Shown here piece after piece: positions 49,614-59,539 of a stretch of DNA of 64,000 nucleotides (positions within the stretch are counted from its first letter, which is position 1; each line of letters opens with the position of its first letter). Origin of the DNA: an uncultured cyanobacterium (GTDB lineage: Bacteria > Cyanobacteriota > Cyanobacteriia > PCC-9006 > JAAUQQ01); assembly GCA_963718615.1 (NCBI GenBank), contig OY970368.1, forward strand, positions 3,168,001 to 3,232,000, in the 5' to 3' direction. Made by a program: the position numbers and the translations under genes. The notes beneath the pieces are model-generated. The model was not told the origin of the DNA, made no database searches, and worked only from the letters and a program-made list of their open reading frames with translations.

Positions 49614-50855
49614 CTAATCTTGCTGGGTGGACAAAGGGAGCGGTATGATTTTTTGCAACTGTTGGTCGAGTTGATCAATCAGCATAAAATCGGCTTCCGG
49701 TAATCCTCCGCCTTGCCGGGAGCGATCGCCTTCCAAAAATCGAAACGCAGCCCTAAAGTCTTGGCCATTGGCTACCACAGGCGCATCAAAATGAGCCGGA
49801 ATAATCCGCTGAAAGTTCCAGCTTGCCACCTGATCCGCCCAGGCCAAAACTTGGACAGGGGCACGATTCAAAATCAAGCGCTGTAAAATCGGTGCCACTA
49901 ACAGCCGTCCACTATCGCGCAAAACTTCAAAGGAGGTTTTCCAGTTGGCCTTCCAGCGAAAGGGAAATAGGCCAAAATAGGCACGGCGGGAGCGATCGCT
50001 CGCATCCTTGGCCGCTTGCAAGGTTTCTCCCCAAGGAAGGATGCTCAGCGCACTGGGTCGAAAATAAAAGGCAAACAGAGAGATGCGTTGCCAACCCTTG
50101 CGACGCTGGGCGGGGGAGTCGGCGATCGCCTCAAAGGGCGTCTCGCGGGCATGGAACAGCAGCGGATAGGGCTGGGCATTCACCACCTCCGGCGGTTCTG
50201 CCGGAATCGACATCACCGTATCGGTCACCAGCAACGTACCCGTCGCCCGGTGGAGAAACGCAGTTTCTTCAAAGGGACCCAAGCTGAGGGAAATGGGGCC
50301 AAGGGTTCGATAATCAAACTCATCGCCAAAGGGAGCATCGCAGCTTTGGTCCGGCAACACCTGGGTGCGCCCCATGGGAAACCCCAGCCAACTCAGGGGT
50401 AAATTAAGCGGAAAACTCCACTGGTGGGGTGCGACAAACACTTGTGCCTGGGTGAACTGGCGCGCAAAGGCAGCGGCGGGAGCCTTGTGTTCAATGGCAG
50501 AAACCGTCGGCAAAATGATGTATTTCACCTCGCCATGGCGCTGCACCAGCTCCTGCATCAGCCGCAAACATTCACGGGTGGGGGCCACAGGCGCATAGAC
50601 TAGCAAGCCCCCGGCCTGTAGCCGGATCACGGTCATGCGCACCGGCACAATCACATAAAAAATGCCCTGAACCTGCTCAAACGTCCAGATCTGCTCCGGA
50701 ATAATCTCTCGCCGAATCGTCCAGCGTTGGCCATAGGGATAGAGCGGTACCACGGGCCAATAGGGCCAAGTCCAATCGCGATCGCGTCGGGGCGTAGACA
50801 GCGCAGAGATCTGGGGAGAAATGTGAGTCAAGGCAAACAGTCCTATCAGGCTCAA
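49614..50855 (-). CDS. DUF4336-family protein (MBL-like)
   Basis: WPVVPLYPYG, VRMTVIRL..GGLLVYAPVAPT, EHK, TLLVTD, IIPAHF; exact start uncertain. Confidence 0.85.
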   Translation of the reverse strand: MSLIGLFALTHISPQISALSTPRRDRDWTWPYWPVVPLYPYGQRWTIRREIIPEQIWTFEQVQGIFYVIVPVRMTVIRLQAGGLLVYAPVAPTRECLRLMQELVQRHGEVKYIILPTVSAIEHKAPAAAFARQFTQAQVFVAPHQWSFPLNLPLSWLGFPMGRTQVLPDQSCDAPFGDEFDYRTLGPISLSLGPFEETAFLHRATGTLLVTDTVMSIPAEPPEVVNAQPYPLLFHARETPFEAIADSPAQRRKGWQRISLFAFYFRPSALSILPWGETLQAAKDASDRSRRAYFGLFPFRWKANWKTSFEVLRDSGRLLVAPILQRLILNRAPVQVLAWADQVASWNFQRIIPAHFDAPVVANGQDFRAAFRFLEGDRSRQGGGLPEADFMLIDQLDQQLQKIIPLPLSTQQD

Positions 50856-50920
50856 GCATTTAACACTCTATTATTGCCTATTGTTAGGATAGATCGAATG
50901 CCCATTTCCAGTGAATTCCT

Positions 50921-51394
50921 ATGTCTTCCCTCCCCTTGATTCGCCTTGCCCATTGGGAGGATGCCTCCTGGATTACCCAGTTCAATCAAGCCATGGCCCA
51001 AGAGACCGAGGAAAAACAGCTAGACCCAACCATTTTGCGGCGAGGCGTCGAAGCGTTGCTGTCGGATCCGACCCTGGGATTTTATTTAATTGCTGAACAG
51101 CATGAAGCCGTTGCGGGGTGTCTGATGATTACAAAGGAATGGAGCGACTGGCGCAATGGTCTATTTTGGTGGATTCAGAGCGTCTATGTGCGGCCTGAGT
51201 TTCGGCGGCAAGGACTGTATCGATCGCTCTATCGGTTTGTGCAACAACTGGCCCAAGAGCAAGGCAATGTCTGTGGTTTTCGGCTCTATGTCGAACGCAA
51301 TAATCAGATTGCCCAGGAAACCTATCGCCAGTTAGGCATGGAGGAAACCCTCTACAAGATGTTTGAGCAACTCAATTCGAGCCCCTCAAGTTGA
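50921..51394 (+). CDS. GNAT acetyltransferase
   Basis: EWSDWRNG, QSVYVRPEFRRQGLYR, RLYVERNN..AQ.TY..LGM. Confidence 0.9.
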   Translation: MSSLPLIRLAHWEDASWITQFNQAMAQETEEKQLDPTILRRGVEALLSDPTLGFYLIAEQHEAVAGCLMITKEWSDWRNGLFWWIQSVYVRPEFRRQGLYRSLYRFVQQLAQEQGNVCGFRLYVERNNQIAQETYRQLGMEETLYKMFEQLNSSPSS

Positions 51395-51457
51395 AACCCT
51401 CAAAACCTCAAAACCTTTGAAATCATTACAGCCTTTCTTAATCCCAATCCCGTCGCC

Positions 51458-51949
51458 ATGATTGAAATCCGCGCTGCTACTTTAGCCGATGAGCCTGACA
51501 TTTGGACTATTTTTCATGGGGTTGTCTCCGAGGGCGAAACCTATGTCTATGCCCCCGAGACCTCGCGTTTAGAGGCTCGTCAACTCTGGATGGAGCAACC
51601 CCAACAAACCTACGTGGCAGAGCGAAACGGGGAAATTCTCGGCACCTATTATCTCAAACCCAATCAGCCCGGTCTCGGCTCCCATGTGTGCAACTGTGGC
51701 TATATGGTGGCTAGCTGTGCTCGGGGACAGGGAGTTGCGACGGCTCTGTGTGAGCATTCCCAGGCGGAGGCGCGGCGGTTGGGGTTTCGGGCGATGCAGT
51801 TTAATTTTGTGGTTTCGACGAATACGGTGGCGGTGCGGTTGTGGCAGAAATTGGGGTTTGCGATCGCCGGAACCCTCCCTGGAGCCTTTGCTCACCCCCG
51901 CCTTGGCTACGTAGACGCCTACGTCATGTACAAAACCCTAAACCTATAA
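51458..51949 (+). CDS. GNAT acetyltransferase
   Basis: GSHVCNCGYMV..ARGQGVA, MQFNFVVSTN..AVRLWQKLGF. Confidence 0.9.
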   Translation: MIEIRAATLADEPDIWTIFHGVVSEGETYVYAPETSRLEARQLWMEQPQQTYVAERNGEILGTYYLKPNQPGLGSHVCNCGYMVASCARGQGVATALCEHSQAEARRLGFRAMQFNFVVSTNTVAVRLWQKLGFAIAGTLPGAFAHPRLGYVDAYVMYKTLNL

Positions 51950-51964
51950 AAAATCATCCCTTCC

Positions 51965-52036
51965 GTAGGGGCGCGCATTCCGCGCCCCTGGGGATGATCG
52001 TCTATAACCCTGAGGGTCGGGGATGCCGACCCCTAC
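51965..52036. repeat. Inverted pair of GTAG-type REP-like palindromes
   Basis: GTAGGGGCGCGCATTCCGCGCCCCT on plus and GTAGGGGTCGGCATCCCCGACCCT on minus, between convergent genes. Confidence 0.7.
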
Positions 52037-52069
52037 AATCAATGTATCTCGCCCTCATTGACCCTTTTC

Positions 52070-53155
52070 CTACATCACCGCAGGCAAGGCTTCTGTAGAT
52101 TTAAAGGGCTTCATCAAGAACAGCGCGGCAAACTGCACACCGTTGGAGACGTAGTAGGGCAGTTTTTGCAGGAGTTGAATGGGAGCGATCGCCCCACCCT
52201 CCGCAATCTTCTGCAACTGCTGATTATTCTCCACACAACGCTCCAGCCGCTCATAGAACACCGGATTTTCCGTATCAAGAATCACCGGGAATACCCGTCC
52301 AGCCGTCAGATTGGTTTCCCGAATCACATGCTTGTCATACTCGCGGGTATCCAAGCCCAGGGCTTCGTAGAACTCCGTGCGCTGGACATCGCGGATGTAC
52401 ATCGTGGCAAACACCGCCAGCAGGAAGAACCGGCACCAGAGCCGCGCCTTCAGGCCATTGACCGTCGAGGGCACGGCTTGCATCACCGCATCAAAGAAAT
52501 CACCGTGGCGGTTTTCGTCCTGACACCAGTTTTCAAAGAACTTGAAGATCGGGTAGAGCCGCTTCTCGGGATGCTTTTCCAGATGGCGATAGATCGTGAT
52601 GTAGCGCCAGTAGCCAATTTTCTCCGACAGATAGGTCGCGTAGAAAATGTACTCCGGCTTAAAGAAAGTGTATTTCTTGTTTGCAGTCAGGAAACCGAGG
52701 TCCAGCTGCATGCCGAAGTCGCTCATGGACTTATTCAAAAAGCCTGCATGGCGAGCCTCATCGCGGGACATCAGCGCAAAGCACTCCGCCAACACCGGGT
52801 TGCGGTCTTTGATTTTGCGGCTGAGTTCCTTGTAGAGCAGGAAGCCAGAAAACTCAGAGGTGCAAGACTGCTCTAGGAATTCAACAAAAACCTTCTTGGT
52901 TTCTGGATCGAGCCCTTCCGTCGAACCGTCAAATTCAGGCGTTCGCACAAAATGGTGGCGGTTATAGTCAGCCCGAAATTCCTCCAAGATGGCTTGGAGC
53001 TCATCTTCGTTTGGCGACAGATCCATCTTCGCCATGGCCTCGAAGTCGGTGGTGTAGAACCGAGGCGTCAGAATGGTGTCCTTAACCGGGGCTTTGACCC
53101 CAGGTCGCAGCTCCTCAAAGGTGGCTGATGCTGGCTTTTTAAGAGAATCTACCAT
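52070..53155 (-). CDS. acsF: Mg-protoporphyrin IX monomethyl ester oxidative cyclase
   Basis: [55 protein letters not shown]. Confidence 0.98.
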   Translation of the reverse strand: MVDSLKKPASATFEELRPGVKAPVKDTILTPRFYTTDFEAMAKMDLSPNEDELQAILEEFRADYNRHHFVRTPEFDGSTEGLDPETKKVFVEFLEQSCTSEFSGFLLYKELSRKIKDRNPVLAECFALMSRDEARHAGFLNKSMSDFGMQLDLGFLTANKKYTFFKPEYIFYATYLSEKIGYWRYITIYRHLEKHPEKRLYPIFKFFENWCQDENRHGDFFDAVMQAVPSTVNGLKARLWCRFFLLAVFATMYIRDVQRTEFYEALGLDTREYDKHVIRETNLTAGRVFPVILDTENPVFYERLERCVENNQQLQKIAEGGAIAPIQLLQKLPYYVSNGVQFAALFLMKPFKSTEALPAVM

Positions 53156-53399
53156 AGGAGTATTTAAGGGGTTGATCGCGCTACCTGAGCCTTAGTCTAC
53201 CAAGGTCGGCTTAACCTACGGTAGACCGGAGGTGAAGAGTTGCAACGGTTTGTCACGGTCTGTAATACTTCGGGACGATTTTCGGAGACAAACTGGGGCT
53301 GTGGATTGGGTTATGGAGTCGAGGAAACCGTACTTTAATTCTGGGAACCTAGCAGCCTCAGATTCGCCAAGGCTAAAATGGCAACCATGAGGTATCGCA

Positions 53400-54032
53400 A
53401 TGGCAATGCTGGCGATGGCAAGCTTGAATAATCAGCAAAATAATCCGGGGCAGGGTAATCCGGGGCAGCGTCATTCAGGACAGTATCGTCCCTCTCCCTC
53501 TGGCAACGGCCTCACCAGCGCTCAGGCCCAGGCTGCTGGAGCTTTGATGACGCAAAGCGATAACCGGGTGACGGCGAGCTATATTTTTTGGCTGATGTTT
53601 TTGACGGGCTTTGGGGGGCTCCATCGGCTTTACAACGGCAAGATTTTTACAGGGGTTTTGTGGCTTTGTACCTGGGGACTGTTCGGGGTTGGGCAAATTA
53701 TCGATTTGTTTCTGATTCCCGATATGGTCGATGCCCGACGAATGCAGCTATTGCGTCGGGCTGGATTGCTCCAGCCCGGTGCCGTGGGGGTCCCTAGGGC
53801 AGTAGCGACCCAGCCCTTGGAGAAGCCGACGCGGGAGCAGTTGATGGTGCAGTTATTGCAGGCGGCGCGATCGCGCCAAGGCCGACTTACGGTTCCCCAA
53901 GCCGTCATGGATACTCAGCTCAGCTTTGATGAAATTGAAGACCTCCTAAGGGAAATGCACCGCAAGGGCTACGCTTCCATAGATAACGATTTGGAAACCG
54001 GGGTGATTGTGTATCACTTCGTGGGTCTCTAA
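53400..54032 (+). CDS. TM2 (NINE)-domain protein with C-terminal wHTH-like domain
   Basis: [36 protein letters not shown]; [19 protein letters not shown]. Confidence 0.85.
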   Translation: MAMLAMASLNNQQNNPGQGNPGQRHSGQYRPSPSGNGLTSAQAQAAGALMTQSDNRVTASYIFWLMFLTGFGGLHRLYNGKIFTGVLWLCTWGLFGVGQIIDLFLIPDMVDARRMQLLRRAGLLQPGAVGVPRAVATQPLEKPTREQLMVQLLQAARSRQGRLTVPQAVMDTQLSFDEIEDLLREMHRKGYASIDNDLETGVIVYHFVGL

Positions 54033-54101
54033 CCCTAAATCTCTAGCCCGAAAAAAGACCAATGGGGTTATCCATCGGTCCAATCACTCAAGGTTGCTCG
54101 G

Positions 54102-54461
54102 TTACTTGCCCGCGCAAGGGTTACCTTTGGCCGCACAGGGGTTTGCCTTACCCGCACAGGGATTTGCCTTGGCGGCGCAGGGATTGACTTTACCGGCGCA
54201 GGGATTGCTCTTGGCGGCGCAGGGATTTTCCTTGCCCGCACAGGGATTATTTTTTGCAGCGCAGGGATTTTCCTTCACCTGAGTGGTCGCGGGCGTTGTG
54301 CCTTCGCCAGATTTGACACCTGCACAGGGATTGGCACTGGAACAGCCTGTGGCTAAGCCGCCGACGCCAAGACTCAAAACAGAAAACGCAGCGAGGGTGG
54401 CCCAATATTTAACGCGCATGGTTGTAGTTCTCGATTTACTCAAAGAATGGGTTTCGGTCAC
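54102..54461 (-). CDS. Small Cys-rich lipoprotein with NPCA heptad repeats
   Basis: Signal peptide with lipobox-like LATGC, nine NPCA motifs, and only this frame gives a signal-plus-repeat architecture. Start GTG 54461 or ATG 54419. Confidence 0.8.
   Translation of the reverse strand: MTETHSLSKSRTTTMRVKYWATLAAFSVLSLGVGGLATGCSSANPCAGVKSGEGTTPATTQVKENPCAAKNNPCAGKENPCAAKSNPCAGKVNPCAAKANPCAGKANPCAAKGNPCAGK
54105..54272 (-). repeat. Eight 21-bp coding repeats (xNPCA[A/G]K)
   Basis: ENPCAAK NNPCAGK ENPCAAK SNPCAGK VNPCAAK ANPCAGK ANPCAAK GNPCAGK, with degenerate third codon positions. Confidence 0.9.
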
Positions 54462-54483
54462 TCCCCTATTGAGACAAGGGTGG

Positions 54484-54611
54484 CTGAGTTTTTGCTGAGA
54501 ATGGCCTAATACAGGGTTAAGAACTGGAGATCAAACCGCTGAGAAACCGGTGGGGTGGGGCAGGGCCATTTTTCTCAGGTAAATTTCAGCTTTTTGTCAG
54601 TGGGACATCAG
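54484..54611. promoter_or_regulatory. Putative OmpR-family operator arrays in a divergent promoter
   Basis: TCAG at 54575, 54586, 54597 and 54608 (exact 11-bp period); CTGA at 54484, 54495 and 54539 (offsets of 11 and 44 bp). Confidence 0.6.
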
Positions 54612-54797
54612 CCTCTTCTGCCAGTCTGGGTGACAGATAGGACAGAGGGCTGAGGGCTGGGCACAAAAACCTATGGTTCGTTGCCAGAATGGTAACCCCA
54701 GGTCTGGCGATCGCCACTCAAGGTATGAATCAGAACAGGTTGAATGAGCTATTTAGAGGGCAAGATTGTGAAAGAAGTTCTACGACGGCGCTCCACC

Positions 54798-55400
54798 ATG
54801 AGCAACCAAGACTGGCATGTAACCAACAACAGCGAATGCATCAAACCCAGCCCCGAGGTCCTGGTGCCAGAGCCGATTGTGCCCTATCGGCTCTATCGCT
54901 TTTTGACCGATCTCGAAGAAATTTTGCTGCGGGATACGGACGATGGGATTCGGCTCCAAAAAATCAGCCCCCTGGTGCGGCATTTGCTCGACAATTCCCC
55001 CTGGATTGAACTGCAATTTTTGCCCCCTGACCCGGAAACCGGCTGGTCTGTCACGATGCTCTATGACGAACCGGATTATCCCTTGACCATTCAGCTCGTC
55101 AGTTGGATGCCGGGGATGGTGTCACCGATTCATAACCATGCCGCCTGGGGTTTGGTGGCGATCCTCAGTGGTCAAGAAAAAAATACGTTCTGGCGGCGAT
55201 CGCCCCAAACCGGTAGCCTCGAACCGGCGGGCGATCGCATTCTCTCCCCCGGTGATGTCATAACGTTTATGCCCGACGCAATTCATCAGGTTGAGGCCCT
55301 GGGGAATGAGCCGGTGATTAGTTTTAATCTATATGGTGAGACTGAGTTCGATCGTCGCTTCGAATACGACCCCGAAACCGGAGCCGCTCAATTGTTTTAG
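54798..55400 (+). CDS. Cupin, cysteine-dioxygenase-like double-stranded beta-helix enzyme
   Basis: W.PG..SPIHNHAAWGLVAILSG.E.N and DAIHQV 3-His pattern, SFNLYG; start 54798 or 54744. Confidence 0.8.
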   Translation: MSNQDWHVTNNSECIKPSPEVLVPEPIVPYRLYRFLTDLEEILLRDTDDGIRLQKISPLVRHLLDNSPWIELQFLPPDPETGWSVTMLYDEPDYPLTIQLVSWMPGMVSPIHNHAAWGLVAILSGQEKNTFWRRSPQTGSLEPAGDRILSPGDVITFMPDAIHQVEALGNEPVISFNLYGETEFDRRFEYDPETGAAQLF

Positions 55401-55452
55401 GGAGCAGCCCACTGGTGCTCTTGTTTGGTCTAATGTTCCGCAACCGCTGTTG

Positions 55453-56877
55453 ATGCCTGGTCAAGTTCCCCGCCAGAAAAGCAATTCCCCAGCCCCTTCG
55501 CTGGGGACAAAGCTGACTGTTCAGGTGGCTATTCTGTCGGCCTTAGGGCTGAGCGGCATTACCGGCTGGGCCATTTGGCAAATGCAACAGATCCTTGTGG
55601 GGTCCCATCAACAGACGTTGGACTATGTGGCCGAGCGTTTTCCAGCCCAGTTAGAAAATGCCATGGCGGCCCACGGGGGAAGCCAAGCCGTTGAAGTAGA
55701 GTTGACCCAGGCCGTCGAACGGATTTCGAGCGATCGCCTCATGGTCTGGATCGCCAATGACCAAGGCCAGGTGCTGGCCCGCTCTGCCAAGGCTTCGGCG
55801 GACACACTGACACTGGATGAACTCTTTCCCTACGTCACGATGGCGTCACGATCGCGCCTGTTGCACTTGGGCGATCGCTATTTGCTCATTTGCGGTCGTC
55901 GCTTGATGCCTCAAAATGCCGCCCTGGGTCAGCTCTATTTGGTCCTGGATGTAACGGAAGAACAGGAAAGATTATTAACCGGAGCCCGTAATTTAGTGCT
56001 GGCAGCAGTGCTGGTATTTTTGGGATTGATTGGCGCGATCGCCTACAGTATTCGCCAAGCCACCCAACCGCTCCAAATCATTAGCCAGACTGCAAGCGCC
56101 ATCTCCGCGAGAAATCTAGGCGAAACCCGGCTGGAACTGGCCCAAGCGCCAGCGGAAATTGTTGGGTTAGTCGAAGCCTTTAATGCCATGTTGGAACGGT
56201 TGGCGATCGCCTGGGGCAAACAGCGGCAATTTGTCAACGACGCCTCCCATGAGCTGCGAACCCCGTTGGCGATCGTTCAAGGCTATGTCCAGAGCGTGCT
56301 GCGACGCCCCAGCAATCTTACCCCCCGCCAAGTCGAAAGCCTCGAAACCGCCGCCGAAGAGGCCGAACGCACAATTCAGCTTCTCCAGGAAATGCTAGAC
56401 CTGGCTCGATCTGAAAATGGAGAGTTGGCCATACAGATGGAACCCATCACGCTTCAGCCCCTACTCAAAGAAGCCGCCGCCGCCGCCGAGGTGCACCATC
56501 AGCGGACGATCGTTTTAGAATTACCCTCAGATCCTATTGTCGCCTTGAGTGACGCCATGCATCTACGGCAGGTCCTGCGCAACTTACTGGAGAATGCCAT
56601 TCAGTACTCCGAAGCTTCAGTGCAGATTGAGTTGAGTCAGCAAGAGTATGGCGCTGTGATTGCCGTGCGCGATCGCGGTATCGGCATCTCTCCCGAACAA
56701 CAAGCCCACATCTTCGAGCGCTTCTACCGCGCCGATGAAGCCCGCCATCGCCAAGGCGGCACTGGCCTCGGCCTTGCCCTCGTCAAAGCTCTGGTTGAAG
56801 CCATGGGGGGCCAAATCACCGTCCAATCTCAACTCAACCAAGGCTCCACCTTCACCCTAACCCTCCCCCATCCCTAA
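55453..56877 (+). CDS. HAMP-domain sensor histidine kinase
   Basis: Two TMs, HAMP, FVNDASHELRTPL, NLLENAIQYS, DRGIGI, FYRAD..GGTGLGL; start uncertain. Confidence 0.93.
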   Translation: MPGQVPRQKSNSPAPSLGTKLTVQVAILSALGLSGITGWAIWQMQQILVGSHQQTLDYVAERFPAQLENAMAAHGGSQAVEVELTQAVERISSDRLMVWIANDQGQVLARSAKASADTLTLDELFPYVTMASRSRLLHLGDRYLLICGRRLMPQNAALGQLYLVLDVTEEQERLLTGARNLVLAAVLVFLGLIGAIAYSIRQATQPLQIISQTASAISARNLGETRLELAQAPAEIVGLVEAFNAMLERLAIAWGKQRQFVNDASHELRTPLAIVQGYVQSVLRRPSNLTPRQVESLETAAEEAERTIQLLQEMLDLARSENGELAIQMEPITLQPLLKEAAAAAEVHHQRTIVLELPSDPIVALSDAMHLRQVLRNLLENAIQYSEASVQIELSQQEYGAVIAVRDRGIGISPEQQAHIFERFYRADEARHRQGGTGLGLALVKALVEAMGGQITVQSQLNQGSTFTLTLPHP

Positions 56878-56910
56878 CGCCCCCACCCCATCACCCCATT
56901 ACCTCCCCCC

Positions 56911-57588
56911 ATGAACACCCACATTCTCGTCGTTGAAGATGAAATCAAACTCGCCCGACTCCTAGAGCTAGAATTAGTCGAGGAAGGCTACGAGGTGACG
57001 GTGGCCAATGATGGCTTATCGGGCTTAACCAGTGCCCGTGACAGCAACCCCGATTTGCTGATTTTGGACTGGATGTTGCCGGGAATTTCGGGTGTGGAAA
57101 TTTGCCGCAGATTGCGATCGACCGGGATTAAAACCCCAATCATTTTGCTCACTGCAAAGGACGAAGTTTCCGCCCGCGTCGAAGGGTTAGATGCGGGGGC
57201 CGATGATTATGTGGTCAAGCCCTTTAGTTTGGAAGAATTGCTGGCACGGGTGCGATCAAATTTGCGTCGAGTCCAGCCTAACGAAGCAGAACGTCTAGAG
57301 TTTAGCGATTTGCGCTTGGATCGAAAGACGCGGGAAGTCTGGCGGGGCGATCGCCTCATCGAACTCACGGTCAAGGAGTTTGATTTACTGGAATACTTGC
57401 TGGCACACCCTCGCCAAGTGATTACCCGTGACCAAATCCTAGAGAAGGTTTGGGGCTACGATTTTATGGGAGATTCCAATATTATTGAGGTCTACGTGCG
57501 TTATCTGCGGCTGAAATTAGAAGACCAGGGCGAATCTCGGCTGATTCAGACAGTACGGGGTGTGGGCTATGTGTTGCGGGAGGGGTGA
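56911..57588 (+). CDS. OmpR-family response regulator
   Basis: ILVVEDE, LDWMLPG, LTAKD, KPF, LTVKEFDLL, IQTVRGVGY. Confidence 0.95.
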   Translation: MNTHILVVEDEIKLARLLELELVEEGYEVTVANDGLSGLTSARDSNPDLLILDWMLPGISGVEICRRLRSTGIKTPIILLTAKDEVSARVEGLDAGADDYVVKPFSLEELLARVRSNLRRVQPNEAERLEFSDLRLDRKTREVWRGDRLIELTVKEFDLLEYLLAHPRQVITRDQILEKVWGYDFMGDSNIIEVYVRYLRLKLEDQGESRLIQTVRGVGYVLREG

Positions 57589-57629
57589 GTCGTACAGAGG
57601 AACTGGATGTTTCACCCCTGTCCGGGAGG

Positions 57630-58427
57630 CTACAGGCGATCGCCATCCATCACCTTGCCATCCCGGAACCAAATGACTCGCTTGGCCCGATCGCCCACAT
57701 CCTTTTCGTGGGTCACCACAATGATCGTCATACCACTCTGATGCAGCTCATCAAAAATATTCAACACGTCCTGAGTTGTATGAGAATCTAAAGCCCCCGT
57801 TGGCTCATCCGCGAGCAGCAAGACCGGACGGTTGACGATGGCACGGGCGATCGCCACCCGCTGCTGTTGTCCACCAGACAACTGAGTGGGTTTATTGTTG
57901 AGGCGATCGCCCAACCCCACCCGCAACAGCGCAGCCTTAGACCGTTCCAATCGCTCTTCTTTTGAGATGCTGGCATAAATCATTGGCAACATGACGTTCT
58001 CCGTTGCCGTGAGCTGCGGTAACAAATGGAACTGCTGAAACACAAACCCCAGCTTGCGGTTCCGAATATGGGCCAGGGCATCGTCATCCATTTGGGCCAC
58101 ATCTTGACCATCCAGATAGTAGCGACCGCTAGTGGGGCGATCGAGACAGCCAATCACATTCATCGCCGTTGACTTGCCCGAACCGGAGGCCCCCATAATG
58201 GCGCAATAGTCCCCCTGCTCAACCGTTAAGTTCACCCCGGCCAAGGCATGAACCGTAGTTTCGCCCATACCATAAACTTTAGTAACATTTTCGAGCTGAA
58301 CGGTGGGACGAATCAGGGTGGTTGCGGCGGCAAGACGCTCTGGACTGCCCTCTAAAGAACTATCCGAAGCACTCCTTGAAGCACTATCCGAAGCCCGATT
58401 GGAAGAGCCAAAAGAATTGGGTTGCAT
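57630..58427 (-). CDS. ABC transporter ATP-binding protein (LolD/MacB-like)
   Basis: [47 protein letters not shown]. Confidence 0.92.
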   Translation of the reverse strand: MQPNSFGSSNRASDSASRSASDSSLEGSPERLAAATTLIRPTVQLENVTKVYGMGETTVHALAGVNLTVEQGDYCAIMGASGSGKSTAMNVIGCLDRPTSGRYYLDGQDVAQMDDDALAHIRNRKLGFVFQQFHLLPQLTATENVMLPMIYASISKEERLERSKAALLRVGLGDRLNNKPTQLSGGQQQRVAIARAIVNRPVLLLADEPTGALDSHTTQDVLNIFDELHQSGMTIIVVTHEKDVGDRAKRVIWFRDGKVMDGDRL

Positions 58428-58649
58428 TGGGAATGACAGAGGGTGAACAAATGGGCGATCGCCACGTCTAGAACAATGAAGCGGTCTATGATTGGTCTAT
58501 CACTATGGTAATCAGCAGATGGGCGGTTTACCGGCGTTGTTCCGGGGAAAAACCTCCTAAAAGCTGAAAAAGCCCCGGTGTAGACTGAAGTTAGAGGGAG
58601 GCGACGGCATCTCCGACGCTTTTGGCCTTTCCGTTGTGGGGAAACATCC

Positions 58650-59420
58650 ATGAACGACAATTTTGAATCCAGGGATCCGAATCCAGAAACCGTCAATCTC
58701 AGCACCGTGAAACCGGGAGCCCCAGAGACGACACCGAAGTCTAAAACACGACCCATTGTCCTAGCGACGGCGGGGGCAGTCGCGGCCATGTTGGCGGCAA
58801 CCGGGGGCGCAGTCTGGTTCAACAATCAGCCGGATTCCACCGCTGTGACCCCTCAACCCACGGAAACGGCGATCGCCGACCCAAGTTCTCGTCTTAACGA
58901 ATCGCCCACGGCCCCACAACCGACCCCCGCCCCCACGGCAACAACGCCAGGGAACGGCATCGGTGGACCCAGTGACCCCGTACCCCCGGCGGCGTCTCCC
59001 GTCACAGCAGGGGCGGCGGTGTATTGGGTTGGAGCGGATAACAATCAGATTCAGTTTGAGCCTGAGCCGATCGCCATCAAGCCCGATACAGCCCCGGATA
59101 TTGCCCTAGAGACGGCCTTTGCAGAGCTCCTCAGTGGCGAAAAAACCACAGCCATTCCGACCAATACCAAACTCTTGGGGGTGACGGTTTCGGGGGATGA
59201 TGTGCGTCTCAATCTGTCGAAGGAATTTACCAGCGGGGGCGGCAGTACCTCCATGGCCGCTCGATTGGGCCAGGTAGTTTATACAACAACAGCGGTGCAA
59301 CCCAATGCAAAACTCTGGCTATCGGTAGAGGGCAAGTTGCTAGAGGTGTTGGGGGGTGAGGGCTTAGTCATTGAGCAGCCGCTGACGGAGGAAGTTTACC
59401 AGCGCGATTTTAGTTTCTAG
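58650..59420 (+). CDS. GerMN-domain membrane-anchored protein
   Basis: TM, Pro/Thr linker, TAIP.NTKLL, NLSKEFTSGGGSTSM.ARLGQVVYT, LGGEGL. Confidence 0.88.
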   Translation: MNDNFESRDPNPETVNLSTVKPGAPETTPKSKTRPIVLATAGAVAAMLAATGGAVWFNNQPDSTAVTPQPTETAIADPSSRLNESPTAPQPTPAPTATTPGNGIGGPSDPVPPAASPVTAGAAVYWVGADNNQIQFEPEPIAIKPDTAPDIALETAFAELLSGEKTTAIPTNTKLLGVTVSGDDVRLNLSKEFTSGGGSTSMAARLGQVVYTTTAVQPNAKLWLSVEGKLLEVLGGEGLVIEQPLTEEVYQRDFSF

Positions 59421-59539
59421 ACAACTCTGCGCTGCAAGGCTACAGGGTTTCAGGGAAAGGTTAGCAGTTGGGTCTAGGGGGTGATCCCTGCGAGCCCCGA
59501 TAGGGTATTTTGTTGGATGCCCATTCCCGAAGAGGCCCT

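Noticed and set aside
52058-52876. 272-aa plus-strand ORF
   Set aside because: Antisense shadow of the highly conserved acsF
54007-54282. Plus-strand ORF with (LPAQGF)n repeats
   Set aside because: Reverse-complement reading of the NPCA repeats; the minus frame has a signal peptide, lipobox and third-position degeneracy
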